A stretch of DNA of 64,000 nt, from positions 46,539-110,538 of the forward strand of contig CACNLM010000003.1 of assembly GCA_902621305.1 (NCBI GenBank), in the 5' to 3' direction. The DNA is from an uncultured Alphaproteobacteria bacterium. GTDB taxonomy: Bacteria > Pseudomonadota > Alphaproteobacteria > HIMB59 > GCA-002718135. The notes below the pieces were generated by a model. The model searched no databases and was not told where the DNA came from. It saw only the letters and a program-made list of their open reading frames with translations. Position numbers and translations under genes: made by a program. Position 1 is the stretch's first letter. Each line of letters begins with the position of its first letter. This document shows, in pieces, positions 1-10,029 of this stretch.

Positions 1-1
1 T

Positions 2-409
2 TCTAAAGCTGAAATTTTTGGAATTTTACCACATCATAATAATTTTGACATTATGACTGCTTGTTATGAAGGTTTAGCATTATCTATTAAAGATTGTTAT
101 TCGAATAAAATTAAAACTAAAGATAGTCTTTATCTTGCAGGAGGTGGATCAAAAAGCAAAGTTTTACCTCAATTAATTTCAAATGCTTTAAATACTAAAG
201 TTAAAATTTTAAATAATTCTGAACTAGGTGCACTAGGTATTTCATTCTTAATTGATAGTTGCTTACGTAAAAAAGATTTAAAAAATTTAATTAATGATCA
301 CCAAAATATTGGTCTTATTTACAAACCCCAAAGAAAACAATTAAAATATCTTAATAATAAATATCAAAAATATAAACAATTAAGAGAGTCATTAGATAAT
401 ATTTGGTAA
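2..409 (+). CDS. FGGY-family carbohydrate kinase, C-terminal part (5' end outside window)
   Basis: The frame is open from the window edge (tct aaa gct gaa ...), so the listed Met at 53 is internal. LYLAGGGSKSKVLPQLISNALN...SELGALGIS fits the FGGY C-terminal domain pattern. Confidence 0.7.
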   Translation, partial: SKAEIFGILPHHNNFDIMTACYEGLALSIKDCYSNKIKTKDSLYLAGGGSKSKVLPQLISNALNTKVKILNNSELGALGISFLIDSCLRKKDLKNLINDHQNIGLIYKPQRKQLKYLNNKYQKYKQLRESLDNIW

Positions 410-480
410 AATTCTGAAATATAGTTGATAAAATTGTTATATTAATATTAAGATATACATCATAAACTAAGCGAGGAAAA

Positions 481-1752
481 ATGAATAAATTATTACTTTT
501 TTTTATTTCAATTCTATTCTCCTTTAATGCCTTTGCGGTAACTAATGTTACTTTTTGGCATATGGAAGGTGTTCCCCACAGAGTTGATAGAATTCAGACA
601 TTAATAGATGAATTTAATACAGCGAACCCAGACATAAATGTTACTCAAGAAGTCCAAAACTGGGGGGAAATTTATGCAAAAGCTCCAGCCTCTGTTGCTG
701 CTGGAACTGCACCAGAATTACTAGTAGGTATACCTGATTTCACTCCAATTCTAGCAGAAATGGGAGCAGCACAACCAGTAGAGGATTTTGTTGCTGAACT
801 TGATTCAAAGTATGGTTTCTATCAAAAAGCATTAGATCAATATACATATAATGGACACACATACGCTGTACCACTTTGGAATATGGCACTAAGTCTATGG
901 TATAGAAAAAGTGATTTTGAAGCTGCTGGAATTGAGCCACCAAAAACTTGGTCTGATTTAAAGAAAGCTGCTAAAGCTCTAACTAAAGACGGTGTTTATG
1001 GAATAGGCCTTCCTGGAAATAAACAACTTTATACTGATCAAACAATCTATAGTTTTATGGTTAATTCTGGTGCTGAAGAAATTTATAATTCTGATGGCAC
1101 TTTAAGATTTGATAATCCTCAAACTGTAGCAGCATATGATGTTTATAAAGAATTATATCAATATTCAGCTCCTGATGCAGCCAACTGGACTTGGGGAGAA
1201 GCCGAAGCTTGTTTTGCAAGTAAAGGGTGTGCAATGATATTGCAGTTCACTGTTATCTCTACATATGACTCACAAGCTGGTGGAGATGCTAGTGACTTAG
1301 GTGTTATTCAAATCCCTTATGCAAATGGTAAAGCTCATAGAGCTGGAACTGTTTCATATGTTAATTCTGCAATGATCATGACTGATGACGAAGCGAAAAT
1401 GGATGCTTCTAAAAAGTTTTTAAGTTTCTTAATGGAACCCGGAAACTATGGAAGATTTATTAACATGGAACCAGGATTATTTTTACCAATTACTGAAGCT
1501 GGAAGTAAAGATTCAACTTATTGGGATGATCCGGTTGTTGTAAAATATAAATCACAAGTAGAAACTATGTTGGACAACTCAACAAGAGGAAGTCTATTTG
1601 GTTTCACCAATGGTAATACTTTTACAAGTATATCTTCTATATCTGCTCAGAATTTATTAGCTCAAACTCTTCAGTTAACATTGATTGATGACAAAAGTCC
1701 TCAAGATGCTGTCTCTGAGGGTATGGCGATAATGACTGAAGCTATAGAATAA
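481..1752 (+). CDS. ABC transporter periplasmic substrate-binding protein (family 1, carbohydrate type)
   Basis: 423 aa with signal peptide MNKLLLFFISILFSFNAFA. It is followed by MalF/MalG-type permease genes. Length and W/Y-rich composition are typical of sugar SBPs. Confidence 0.8.
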   Translation: MNKLLLFFISILFSFNAFAVTNVTFWHMEGVPHRVDRIQTLIDEFNTANPDINVTQEVQNWGEIYAKAPASVAAGTAPELLVGIPDFTPILAEMGAAQPVEDFVAELDSKYGFYQKALDQYTYNGHTYAVPLWNMALSLWYRKSDFEAAGIEPPKTWSDLKKAAKALTKDGVYGIGLPGNKQLYTDQTIYSFMVNSGAEEIYNSDGTLRFDNPQTVAAYDVYKELYQYSAPDAANWTWGEAEACFASKGCAMILQFTVISTYDSQAGGDASDLGVIQIPYANGKAHRAGTVSYVNSAMIMTDDEAKMDASKKFLSFLMEPGNYGRFINMEPGLFLPITEAGSKDSTYWDDPVVVKYKSQVETMLDNSTRGSLFGFTNGNTFTSISSISAQNLLAQTLQLTLIDDKSPQDAVSEGMAIMTEAIE

Positions 1753-1766
1753 TTTAAAAATCTTTT

Positions 1767-1791
1767 CAGCACCTCTATTTAAGAGGTGCTG
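1767..1791 (+). terminator. Intercistronic 10-bp stem-loop after the SBP gene (partial terminator / mRNA stabiliser)
   Basis: CAGCACCTCT-attta-AGAGGTGCTG is a perfect 10-bp stem. It lies 15 nt after the stop codon and 8 nt before the GTG of the next gene. There is no long U-tract. Confidence 0.5.
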
Positions 1792-1799
1792 TTAATTCT

Positions 1800-2672
1800 G
1801 TGAAAAAAAATAATATAGAAGGTTGGTTATTTGTATCTCCATTAGTTATTTGGATATCACTTATTATTTTAGTTCCAATTTACATAGCATTCGAATTAAG
1901 CTTATTTAACGTAAAGATTATTGGTACATCAGGAAAATTCGTAGGTATTGATAATTACATAAAATTATTTGGTAAATCAAAATTTGTAAATGCCTCATTA
2001 AATAGCTTTTATTGGATAATTGGGAATGCAATCTGCCAAACATTTTTTGCTTTTACTATTGCTTTAACTATTAATTATAAATTTCCTGGTAAAAAAATTA
2101 TGGCTAACTGGATTATTTTGTCATTTATTATTCCAACAGTAGTTGTTGTTGTTATTTGGAAATTAATGTTAAGTAGTAGTAGTGGTGTAATAAATTCAGT
2201 TTTAATTGATATTGGATTATTAGATGAAGCAACTGGTTTCTTTAGTTCTCCTAATAAAGCTTTTATAAGTTTAGTTCTAATAAACTCATGGCGTTGGAGT
2301 CCTTTTTTAGCATTAATTATTCTTTCTGGGCTTAATTCAATAAATAGGGAAATGTATGATGCATCTAAAGTTGATGGAGCGAATTTTGTTCAACAATTTC
2401 TTTTCATTACATTTCCAAACCTTAAAAGTGTTCTTTTTGTTTTAGGTCTAGTTGGTACATTATTATCATTTAATATATTTGACATAATATGGTTAATCAC
2501 AAAGGGCGGACCATCAAGTGCTACAACTACATTACCATTATTAATTTATGAAACTGCATTTACTAAATTTAGAATTAGTCAAGCTGCAACCTTATCAATA
2601 GTTACTAGCTTTTTGTTATTACTATTCTCAATAATATTTATCAAATCCATGGCGCCAAAAGAAGATGATTAA
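1800..2672 (+). CDS. ABC sugar transporter permease (MalF/UgpA-like)
   Basis: 290 aa with GTG start and 6 predicted TM segments. EAA-loop-like ASKVDGANFVQQFLFITFPNLK. Confidence 0.85.
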   Translation: MKKNNIEGWLFVSPLVIWISLIILVPIYIAFELSLFNVKIIGTSGKFVGIDNYIKLFGKSKFVNASLNSFYWIIGNAICQTFFAFTIALTINYKFPGKKIMANWIILSFIIPTVVVVVIWKLMLSSSSGVINSVLIDIGLLDEATGFFSSPNKAFISLVLINSWRWSPFLALIILSGLNSINREMYDASKVDGANFVQQFLFITFPNLKSVLFVLGLVGTLLSFNIFDIIWLITKGGPSSATTTLPLLIYETAFTKFRISQAATLSIVTSFLLLLFSIIFIKSMAPKEDD

Positions 2673-3495
2673 AGAAAATAATATCAAACTTATATTATTA
2701 AGCTTATCTTTATTATTAATAATACTTATTTTTTTCTTTCCTTTTTTTTGGATAATTACATCATCTTTTAAAAGCCCAGAAGAAATTATTGCTACATCTA
2801 CAACTATTATTCCGAGATCTTTTACTTTAGAACATTATAATAAAATATTATTTAACTCAGATTTTTTTATATATTTAAAAAATAGTTTGATAGTTTCATT
2901 TTCTTCTATGATAATTTCTATCATTTTATCTGTATCGGCAGCTTATGGTTTACATAAACTTAAATTTTATGGAAATAAATTTGTAGAATATTCACTTCTA
3001 GTTACTTATGCTTTTCCAGGGGTAATTCTATTAGTACCTATTTATTTATTGTTTGCAAAAGTAAATCTACTTAATAGTTATTTTGCTTTGATTGTTGTTA
3101 ATGTTTTATTTGCCACACCATTTGCAGTTTGGATGTTAAAAGCTTTCTTTAAGTTAATACCTAATGAGATAGAGGAGGCGGCATATATTGATGGTGCATC
3201 TAGATATATAGTAATTTCTAGAATTATTGTTCCTCTAGCTGCTCCAGGTATAGCGAGTGTAGCAATTTTTTGCTTTATTATTTCTTGGACAGAATATCTT
3301 TTTGCGTCAATATTAATCAGTGGTGATGATCTTAAAACCTTACCTGTTGGTTTAGCTGGAATTGTTGGTCAATATCAAATTGATTGGGGTTTTTTATTAT
3401 CTGGCGCTGTTCTTGCAAGTTTACCAGTGATATTATTATTTGTATTTATTGGAAAATATTTTGTATCTGGTTTAACTGAAGGAGCAGTTAAATAA
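2665..3495 (+). CDS. ABC sugar transporter permease (MalG/UgpE-like)
   Basis: 276 aa, overlapping the upstream permease gene by 8 nt. EAA loop EEAAYIDGASRYIVISRIIVPLAAPG. Confidence 0.85.
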   Translation: MIKENNIKLILLSLSLLLIILIFFFPFFWIITSSFKSPEEIIATSTTIIPRSFTLEHYNKILFNSDFFIYLKNSLIVSFSSMIISIILSVSAAYGLHKLKFYGNKFVEYSLLVTYAFPGVILLVPIYLLFAKVNLLNSYFALIVVNVLFATPFAVWMLKAFFKLIPNEIEEAAYIDGASRYIVISRIIVPLAAPGIASVAIFCFIISWTEYLFASILISGDDLKTLPVGLAGIVGQYQIDWGFLLSGAVLASLPVILLFVFIGKYFVSGLTEGAVK

Positions 3496-3518
3496 TTTAA
3501 TAAATTAAAGGAGGAAAA

Positions 3519-3803
3519 ATGACAGTAGCAAGAATAACAACTATTAACTTTAAATCTAAAGAAGATGCTGATGAGTCAATTAAAGATTATTCAGCAAAAG
3601 CACCAAGTGAATTTCCTGAAGCACAACAATTACTACAAATTCGCGCAAGTGATACAACTGTAATGGCTGTATCTTTATATGCTGATAATGATGCAATGGA
3701 GCGTGCTTCTGCAGCTAGAGCTAAAAGAATGAGTAATAATGAAAAAACTTTTGATGTTGTTGACACAAAGACTGGTGAAGTAACATTAAATCATAAAAAT
3801 TAA
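3519..3803 (+). CDS. Small hypothetical protein (94 aa)
   Basis: Good RBS (aaaggaggaaaaATG). Charged soluble protein with no recognisable motif. Confidence 0.5.
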   Translation: MTVARITTINFKSKEDADESIKDYSAKAPSEFPEAQQLLQIRASDTTVMAVSLYADNDAMERASAARAKRMSNNEKTFDVVDTKTGEVTLNHKN

Positions 3804-3810
3804 ATTAGGA

Positions 3811-3887
3811 GTGCCCGTAGCTCAGTAGGATAGAGCACCAGATTCCTAATCTGGGGGCCGCATGTTCGAATCATGCCGGGCACGCCA
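3811..3887 (+). tRNA. tRNA-Arg (anticodon CCT)
   Basis: Folds by hand into a 77-nt cloverleaf. Acceptor GTGCCCG/CGGGCAC, D stem GCTC/GAGC, anticodon stem CCAGA/TCTGG with loop TTCCTAA, T stem GCATG/CATGC with loop TTCGAAT, discriminator G and an encoded CCA. Confidence 0.9.
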
Positions 3888-3911
3888 GTATTTTAAAGAT
3901 ATTTTATACTT

Positions 3912-4613
3912 TTAATTTACAATACTTAATTCTTTTTTTAAAAATTCTTTATCTAATTGATCTTTAATACCTTCCTTAGTCACACTACCTCTTCGCATTA
4001 TGAAAATATAATCAGATAACTTAAAAGCAAATTCAAAATATTGTTCAACAAGAAATATCGACATTTTTTTTTCATTTTTTAAATAGAGAATTATATCACC
4101 AATTAGTTTTATTATATTTGGTTGAATTCCTTCTGTAGGTTCATCCATTAATAATACTTTAGGTTTTGTTATGAGAGCTCTTGCAATAGCTAATTGTTGT
4201 TGTTGCCCTCCAGATAAATCTCCACCTCTTCTGTCAATCATTTTTTTTAAAATTGGAAATAAATCAAATATTTCTTCTGGAATAAAATGATCTTGTGTTT
4301 TTAAACATCCGAACCCTATTTCTAGGTTTTCTCTAACTGATAACAAAGGGAATATAAACCTACCTTGAGGAACATAACCAATACCTTTTTTTGCAAGATT
4401 ATGTGATTTCTCGTTATTCATATTTAAATTTTGATAAAAATAATCTCCTGAAGAAGGATTATGAATTCCAGTTAACATTTTTAATAATGATGTTTTTCCT
4501 ACACCGTTAGAGCCCATTAGTGTTGTTATCTTACCTTCTTGAATTTCCATATTAACATTATGAAGAATTTGTGATGAACCATAATGTAAATTTATATTTT
4601 CTAATTTAATCAT
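3912..4613 (-). CDS. urtE: Urea ABC transporter ATP-binding protein UrtE
   Basis: 233 aa, LivF-like. Walker A GSNGVGKT, signature LSGGQQQQL, Walker B LLMDEPTEG. It is the last gene of a urtABCDE-ordered operon next to the urease genes. Confidence 0.85.
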   Translation of the reverse strand: MIKLENINLHYGSSQILHNVNMEIQEGKITTLMGSNGVGKTSLLKMLTGIHNPSSGDYFYQNLNMNNEKSHNLAKKGIGYVPQGRFIFPLLSVRENLEIGFGCLKTQDHFIPEEIFDLFPILKKMIDRRGGDLSGGQQQQLAIARALITKPKVLLMDEPTEGIQPNIIKLIGDIILYLKNEKKMSIFLVEQYFEFAFKLSDYIFIMRRGSVTKEGIKDQLDKEFLKKELSIVN

Positions 4614-5354
4614 CTATCTTCCTAAATAAACTTCAATAACATTTTCATCATTTGAAACTTCATTAATTGTTCCTTCTGATAAAATTGAACCATCATGCAA
4701 GACTGTTACATTGCATTCTAAATCTTTTATAAATTCCATATCATGTTCAACAACAATTATAGATTTTTTTAAGGAAAGCTTTTTTAGTATCTTTACCGTT
4801 TGTTGTCTTTCTTCTGTAGTCATACCAGCTGCAGGTTCATCAACTAACAATAGTTTTGGTTCTTGAGTTAATAACATACCTATTTCTAACCATTGTTTTT
4901 GACCATGGCTCAATTCTCCAGAAATCTTAGATTTAATTTCAAATAAATTAATTTCTTTTAATATTTTATTTATTTTTTCTTCATCTAAAGAATTAAATGA
5001 TTGAAAAATTACACTGAATGGATTTCTAATTTTTTTTTGCGAAATTATTAAATTTTGCAAAACAGTTTTATTTTCAAAAATCGTTGGTTTTTGAAATTTC
5101 CTACCGACTCCTAATTGTGCAATTTCAGACTCTTTTAATAATAATAATGAGTACTGTTTATCTGTCCATAAAACATCGCCATTATCTGGTTTAGTTTGTC
5201 CTGTTATTATGTCCATGAAAGTTGTTTTACCTGCTCCGTTAGGTCCAATAACAGCTTTGATTTCGTTATATCCTATCCTGAAACTTAAATTATTAACTGC
5301 TTTGAAACCATCAAATGAAACAGAAATATTTTTTACCTCTAAAAGATTATTCAT
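4614..5354 (-). CDS. urtD: Urea ABC transporter ATP-binding protein UrtD
   Basis: 246 aa, LivG-like. Walker A GPNGAGKT, LSHGQKQWLEIG, LLLVDEPAAGM. It abuts urtE with no gap. Confidence 0.85.
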   Translation of the reverse strand: MNNLLEVKNISVSFDGFKAVNNLSFRIGYNEIKAVIGPNGAGKTTFMDIITGQTKPDNGDVLWTDKQYSLLLLKESEIAQLGVGRKFQKPTIFENKTVLQNLIISQKKIRNPFSVIFQSFNSLDEEKINKILKEINLFEIKSKISGELSHGQKQWLEIGMLLTQEPKLLLVDEPAAGMTTEERQQTVKILKKLSLKKSIIVVEHDMEFIKDLECNVTVLHDGSILSEGTINEVSNDENVIEVYLGR

Positions 5355-6523
5355 ACTTTTCTTATAAATATGCTTTTTAAAAAACCAAAAATACCTTCTC
5401 TACTAATTAAAGTTACAATAACAAATCCTAGTCCTAAAATTACTGTCCACCAATTTACCCATTCAATTTTATAAAATATCAACGATATGCTCGGTGCCTG
5501 ACCACTTGTAAACCATGAAGATATTAACGAAACTGATGCAGCACCTATTATAGCCCCATATAAATTTCCTCTACCTCCTATTGCTACCCATACAGCTAAA
5601 TATATTGATGCAATAGGTGCGATTTCAGCTGGATTTATTATACCAGCTTGAGGATAATATAATGCACCAGCTAAAGCTGAAATAACAGCGGTAAGTACAA
5701 AAACAAATAATTTATATGATTCAACATGATAGCCAAGAAATCTAATTCTAGTTTCATCATCTCTTATTGCAGTAATAATTGAGCCAAACTTACTATTAAC
5801 CAAATAAAAAAAGAAGATGAATACTAATATTAAAAACAATGCACTAGCCCAAAAAAAATAAATGGAAATAACAAATTGAGAGGTATCATCATATCCTGGG
5901 ATATTTTGAAGTCCTGATAGTCCATTATTTCCTCTCAAACCGCTATCATTTTGAAATAAATAGAGAGATAGAGCTAGAGTCATTGCTTGAGTTAAAATAG
6001 ATAAGTAAACTCCAGTAACTCTAGATCTAAATGCTAACCAGCCAAAAACAAAAGCAAGTAAACCAGGAATAAGAATAACCATTGCAAGTTGGAAATAAAA
6101 ATTATCAGCATATGCCCATATTAACGGTATTTCAGATCCACCAACAACTCCAAATATTTGATTCCCTATAGCATCAGATATTTCTTGTGGAGTTAAAGGT
6201 AATGACTCTGATATCGAAGCAGTAAGTACAATTATTTCAGTTCTTTTGTACATTAACCACATACCAATCATGTATCCTCCAAGCCCAAAAAATGCAAAAT
6301 GCCCTAAAGATAAAATACCACAGTATCCCCAAACAACATCCATAGATAAAGCTATAACGCATAAACATAGGGTTTTACCCAATGTTTTAATAAAGCTAGT
6401 AGAAATAAAATTTATTGAAAATAGATCACTTAATAAAGTTATTATAAAACTAAATAAAATAATGGTGATACAAAAAAATAAAACCTGTCTATGATTTGTA
6501 TCTTTTAATAAACTATTAAACAT
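5351..6523 (-). CDS. urtC: Urea ABC transporter permease UrtC
   Basis: 390-aa LivM-like polytopic permease with 4-nt overlap with urtD and 8-nt overlap with urtB. Confidence 0.85.
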   Translation of the reverse strand: MFNSLLKDTNHRQVLFFCITIILFSFIITLLSDLFSINFISTSFIKTLGKTLCLCVIALSMDVVWGYCGILSLGHFAFFGLGGYMIGMWLMYKRTEIIVLTASISESLPLTPQEISDAIGNQIFGVVGGSEIPLIWAYADNFYFQLAMVILIPGLLAFVFGWLAFRSRVTGVYLSILTQAMTLALSLYLFQNDSGLRGNNGLSGLQNIPGYDDTSQFVISIYFFWASALFLILVFIFFFYLVNSKFGSIITAIRDDETRIRFLGYHVESYKLFVFVLTAVISALAGALYYPQAGIINPAEIAPIASIYLAVWVAIGGRGNLYGAIIGAASVSLISSWFTSGQAPSISLIFYKIEWVNWWTVILGLGFVIVTLISREGIFGFLKSIFIRKV

Positions 6524-8531
6524 CTTTAACCCTGCCTTTTAATGCAAATATTCCACGAGGTCTAAATTGTATAAATAAAATTATAAAAATAATCATGTAT
6601 GTTTGAGCTGCAAGAGTATTTGATGGATTGAACCATTCAATAATTTTTTGAAGAAAACCAATTAATGCTGCTCCAGCTAAAGTACCAAATATATTTCCTA
6701 CTCCTCCAACTACAACGGTCATGAAGCTCTGAACAATATATTCAGTTCCCAATTCTGATGTAACTTTAGAAAATAGTCCAATTGCAACACCCGCAATTCC
6801 TGCAATTGCTGATCCAAAACCAAATGTTAACATATTAATTCTATCAGGATTAATTCCCATATTAGATGCCATTATTGGGTTTTGAGTAACAGCTCTAATT
6901 TCAAGACCTAACCTTGTCCTGTTCATTATAAAAAGTAATAATAATAGAAACAATATACCCATTAAAATAATTGCTATTCGAATATAGCTAATCGATAAAT
7001 CATCGTTAATTGAGAGCGCTCCATCAAGCCAAGAGGGTGCAGTCAAAGGACGTGCTTGAGTACCAAAGATATTTTTAGCCAATTGCTGTAAAGCTATACT
7101 TATTCCAAAAGTGGCCAATAAAGTATCAAGTGGATTTTTATATAAGTGCCGAATAACCAATCTTTCTAATAATACTCCTGCGCCAAATGTAATTATAAAT
7201 GCTAATGGCAGGGCAATCAGTATCGATATGGTGTGATTTGGTATATATTGTTGAACGACGTAACCAGTATAAGCGCCCATCATTATAAATTCACCGTGAG
7301 CCATATTTATAACCCTCATGACCCCAAAAGTAATTGCAAGACCGATTGCTCCTAAAAAATAAATGGATGATAAACTAATACCATCTACAAAAAGATCGAT
7401 ATACCTATAGATATTCACTCTAAAATTTATATTTTTAAGAGTCTCTTTTGTCTTGTTTGTTACTTGTGATGAGATTTCATCATACTCAGTATAAAAAGTA
7501 AATTTATCTACTGATTTTTTAATTTCTTCCTTTGATATAAAAGGGGGTACAACATTAATAGAGGCTAAATAGTTGTAAGCATCCAATCTATTTAAATCAT
7601 TATTTAGTGAGCTAATATCAAAGCCTGCATTTTTTAGTTTTTTGATATTTGAAACTAAACTTTCTTTTATTATTTTTTTTGTAATTCTTGGTAAAACTTT
7701 TTTATTATTACTTAATAAATCATAAGCGTCATTATAAGTTAACTCTGGCTTATTACTAGAATACGAAGATAAAATATAATTAGATGTACCATCATTGTTC
7801 TTATATGTTTTGTTTGGAATAATTTTTCTAGCTATATTTCCCATAATTTTTTTATTATTTGTAAAGAGAATATCTGATGTATTTAATAAATTATTTAAAG
7901 AAGCTCTAACTTCTAAGGATGTATCATTTGAAAAAAAACTTAAAACATCTAACTTTTCCTGTTCTGATTTACTAAACTTTAAAATTGCAAAATTTAAGAC
8001 TTTATTGATTTCCTCTCTAAAATTATTGTCGATCTCATTTTCATATGCTGTTCTTAAAATTTTGAGATGAGTTTTCTGAATATCTCTCTTTAAAGATTGA
8101 AGACTTTCTCTTCTAACATTTATATCTTCATCTAAAATTTGATATTCTACGAGTGCTGAGTCAATTTTAGACCTTACTCCACTATTAGGTTTTATACTTT
8201 TTAATTGTTTTTTTGTAAATTTACCAATTTCATTATTATTGAATATGTCATAAGCAATAATGGTATCTTCTTTTTTTTCTGTATAAACTATAAGATTAGA
8301 ATCTTTAATAATTGATAGCTCTTTTGATTTCCAAAGAATTAAGAATTTTTTTACATCATCTTGATTAAAAATTTTTATATCATTTAAAACTGGGTCAACT
8401 GTTTTTGATGAACTTTTTGATATTAATTTGTAATTACTATTAATAAATTCTTGAATTGTTGTATTTGAGTGAACACTAAAAGAAATTAATAAGAAAAATA
8501 TTAATAAAAAAGAATTGAAAACATGTTTCAT
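6516..8531 (-). CDS. urtB: Urea ABC transporter permease UrtB with a long N-terminal extra domain
   Basis: 671 aa. The C-terminal ~300 aa is a LivH-like permease (GAIGLAITFGVMRVINMAHGEF...). The N-terminal ~370 aa is a K/N/S-rich soluble region behind the signal peptide MKHVFNSFLLIFFLLISFSVHS. Confidence 0.8.
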   Translation of the reverse strand: MKHVFNSFLLIFFLLISFSVHSNTTIQEFINSNYKLISKSSSKTVDPVLNDIKIFNQDDVKKFLILWKSKELSIIKDSNLIVYTEKKEDTIIAYDIFNNNEIGKFTKKQLKSIKPNSGVRSKIDSALVEYQILDEDINVRRESLQSLKRDIQKTHLKILRTAYENEIDNNFREEINKVLNFAILKFSKSEQEKLDVLSFFSNDTSLEVRASLNNLLNTSDILFTNNKKIMGNIARKIIPNKTYKNNDGTSNYILSSYSSNKPELTYNDAYDLLSNNKKVLPRITKKIIKESLVSNIKKLKNAGFDISSLNNDLNRLDAYNYLASINVVPPFISKEEIKKSVDKFTFYTEYDEISSQVTNKTKETLKNINFRVNIYRYIDLFVDGISLSSIYFLGAIGLAITFGVMRVINMAHGEFIMMGAYTGYVVQQYIPNHTISILIALPLAFIITFGAGVLLERLVIRHLYKNPLDTLLATFGISIALQQLAKNIFGTQARPLTAPSWLDGALSINDDLSISYIRIAIILMGILFLLLLLFIMNRTRLGLEIRAVTQNPIMASNMGINPDRINMLTFGFGSAIAGIAGVAIGLFSKVTSELGTEYIVQSFMTVVVGGVGNIFGTLAGAALIGFLQKIIEWFNPSNTLAAQTYMIIFIILFIQFRPRGIFALKGRVKDV

Positions 8532-8542
8532 TATTAGATTAA

Positions 8543-8579
8543 ACTAAATGCTATTGGTAGTTAATCAACAGCATTTAGT
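8543..8579 (-). terminator. Intercistronic stem-loop between urtA and urtB
   Basis: ACTAAATGCT ... AGCATTTAGT forms a 10-bp perfect stem with a 17-nt loop in the 59-nt urtA-urtB spacer. Confidence 0.4.
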
Positions 8580-8590
8580 CTTAATAGTAT

Positions 8591-9853
8591 TTAATAATTT
8601 GATTTTATTTGAACACAAGAATTAGTGTCAGTATTGTACATACCACATCCTAAATTTTTCCAGTCTGATTTTAACACAGCTGATTCAGCTAAATGATCTG
8701 TCCATGCATCTCCTGGCACTTCCTCAGTTTGACTTATAATATCAAATTGTCCATCTTCTAGTATCTCTCCAATAAGTACTGGTTTTGATAAATGATGATT
8801 TGGAAGCATCTCAGCCATACCACCTGTTAGATTTGGAACTTTTAATCCATACATTTGCTCTCTCACTGCATCTACATCAGTTGTGCCAGCAGCTTCAACA
8901 GCTTTAACATACATATTAAAACCAATTACATGAGCTTCCATGGGATCATTAGTGACTCGATCCTCACCCATTTTTTCTTTCCATTTAGCAACAAATTCTG
9001 CATTTATATCAGTGTCAGCTGATTGGAAATAATTCCAAGCTGCCAAATGACCAACTAAGTTAGATGTATCTAAACCTGAGAGTTCTTCTTCACCAACTGA
9101 AAATGCAACAACAGGAATATCATCAGCACTTACATTTGCTGCTGCTAATTCTTTATAAAAGCCTATGTTAGCATCACCATTAATGGTTGATATTACACCT
9201 ACTTTTTTTCCATCTGCACTCAATGCGACAACATCAGCTACTATTTTTGACCAATCATCATGACCAAATGGCGTATAATTTACAAAAATATCAGACTCCG
9301 GAATACCTTTATCAATTAAATACTGATTTAAAATTCTGTTGGTAGTTCTTGGATAAACATAATCTGTTCCTAATAAAGCAAATTTTTCGACACCAAGTTC
9401 TTCTAAATAATAATCAGTAGCTGGTATTGCTTGTTGGTTAGGTGCTGCTCCAGTATAGAAAACATTCTTCGAACTTTCTTCACCTTCATATTGAACTGGG
9501 TAAAATAGTAATCCATTTAATTCTTCAATTACTGGTAAAACCGATTTTCTTGAAACTGAAGTCCAACAACCAAATATTACATCTACTTCTTGAACAGTAA
9601 GCAGCTCTCTTGCTTTTTCAGCAAATAGTGGCCAATCTGATGCTGGATCAACTACAACAGCCTCCAATTGTTTTCCTAAAAGACCTCCTTTTTTATTTTG
9701 TTCATCAATCAGGAACAGCATTGTATCTTTTAAGGTTGTCTCCGAAATACCCAAAGAACCAGATAAGGAATGCAATACTCCAACTTTAATTGTTTCTGCG
9801 TATGCTTTTAAACTTAAAAAGCTTATAAATAATATAATGATAAATTTTTTCAT
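8591..9853 (-). CDS. urtA: Urea ABC transporter substrate-binding protein UrtA
   Basis: 420 aa with a signal peptide. Type I periplasmic binding protein (LivJ-like) carrying UrtA-like blocks VGVLHSLSGSLGISE and FGCWTSVSRKSVLPV. First gene of the urt operon. Confidence 0.9.
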   Translation of the reverse strand: MKKFIIILFISFLSLKAYAETIKVGVLHSLSGSLGISETTLKDTMLFLIDEQNKKGGLLGKQLEAVVVDPASDWPLFAEKARELLTVQEVDVIFGCWTSVSRKSVLPVIEELNGLLFYPVQYEGEESSKNVFYTGAAPNQQAIPATDYYLEELGVEKFALLGTDYVYPRTTNRILNQYLIDKGIPESDIFVNYTPFGHDDWSKIVADVVALSADGKKVGVISTINGDANIGFYKELAAANVSADDIPVVAFSVGEEELSGLDTSNLVGHLAAWNYFQSADTDINAEFVAKWKEKMGEDRVTNDPMEAHVIGFNMYVKAVEAAGTTDVDAVREQMYGLKVPNLTGGMAEMLPNHHLSKPVLIGEILEDGQFDIISQTEEVPGDAWTDHLAESAVLKSDWKNLGCGMYNTDTNSCVQIKSNY

Positions 9854-10029
9854 ATTATTTCCTCTCTAAAAAATTGTATCAAATTCATCTTAAAAATTTT
9901 AGGAACTTATAGAAACATTAACTTAACAATTCAGATATGCATATTTAACTTATCCAAAACTGCTAATATTTTTTGGTATTTTAATTTACGATTAAAGTTT
10001 ATAAATTATTTTAATACATAATAATAATA

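Noticed and set aside
481-3495. Sugar ABC operon lacking an ATPase gene.
   Set aside because: Carbohydrate ABC systems commonly share an ATPase encoded elsewhere. This is not unusual enough to flag.
3811-3887. tRNA-Arg as an integration site for a genomic island.
   Set aside because: No integrase is adjacent and I could not see a direct repeat of the tRNA 3' end elsewhere in the window. The flanking genes (sugar and urea transport) look like ordinary chromosomal content.
9974-9990. Sigma-54-like TGG-N9-TT element (TGGTATTTTAATTTACG) upstream of ureD.
   Set aside because: The -12 element lacks the GC dinucleotide (TTTA instead of TTGC). In DNA this AT-rich such a partial match is expected by chance.
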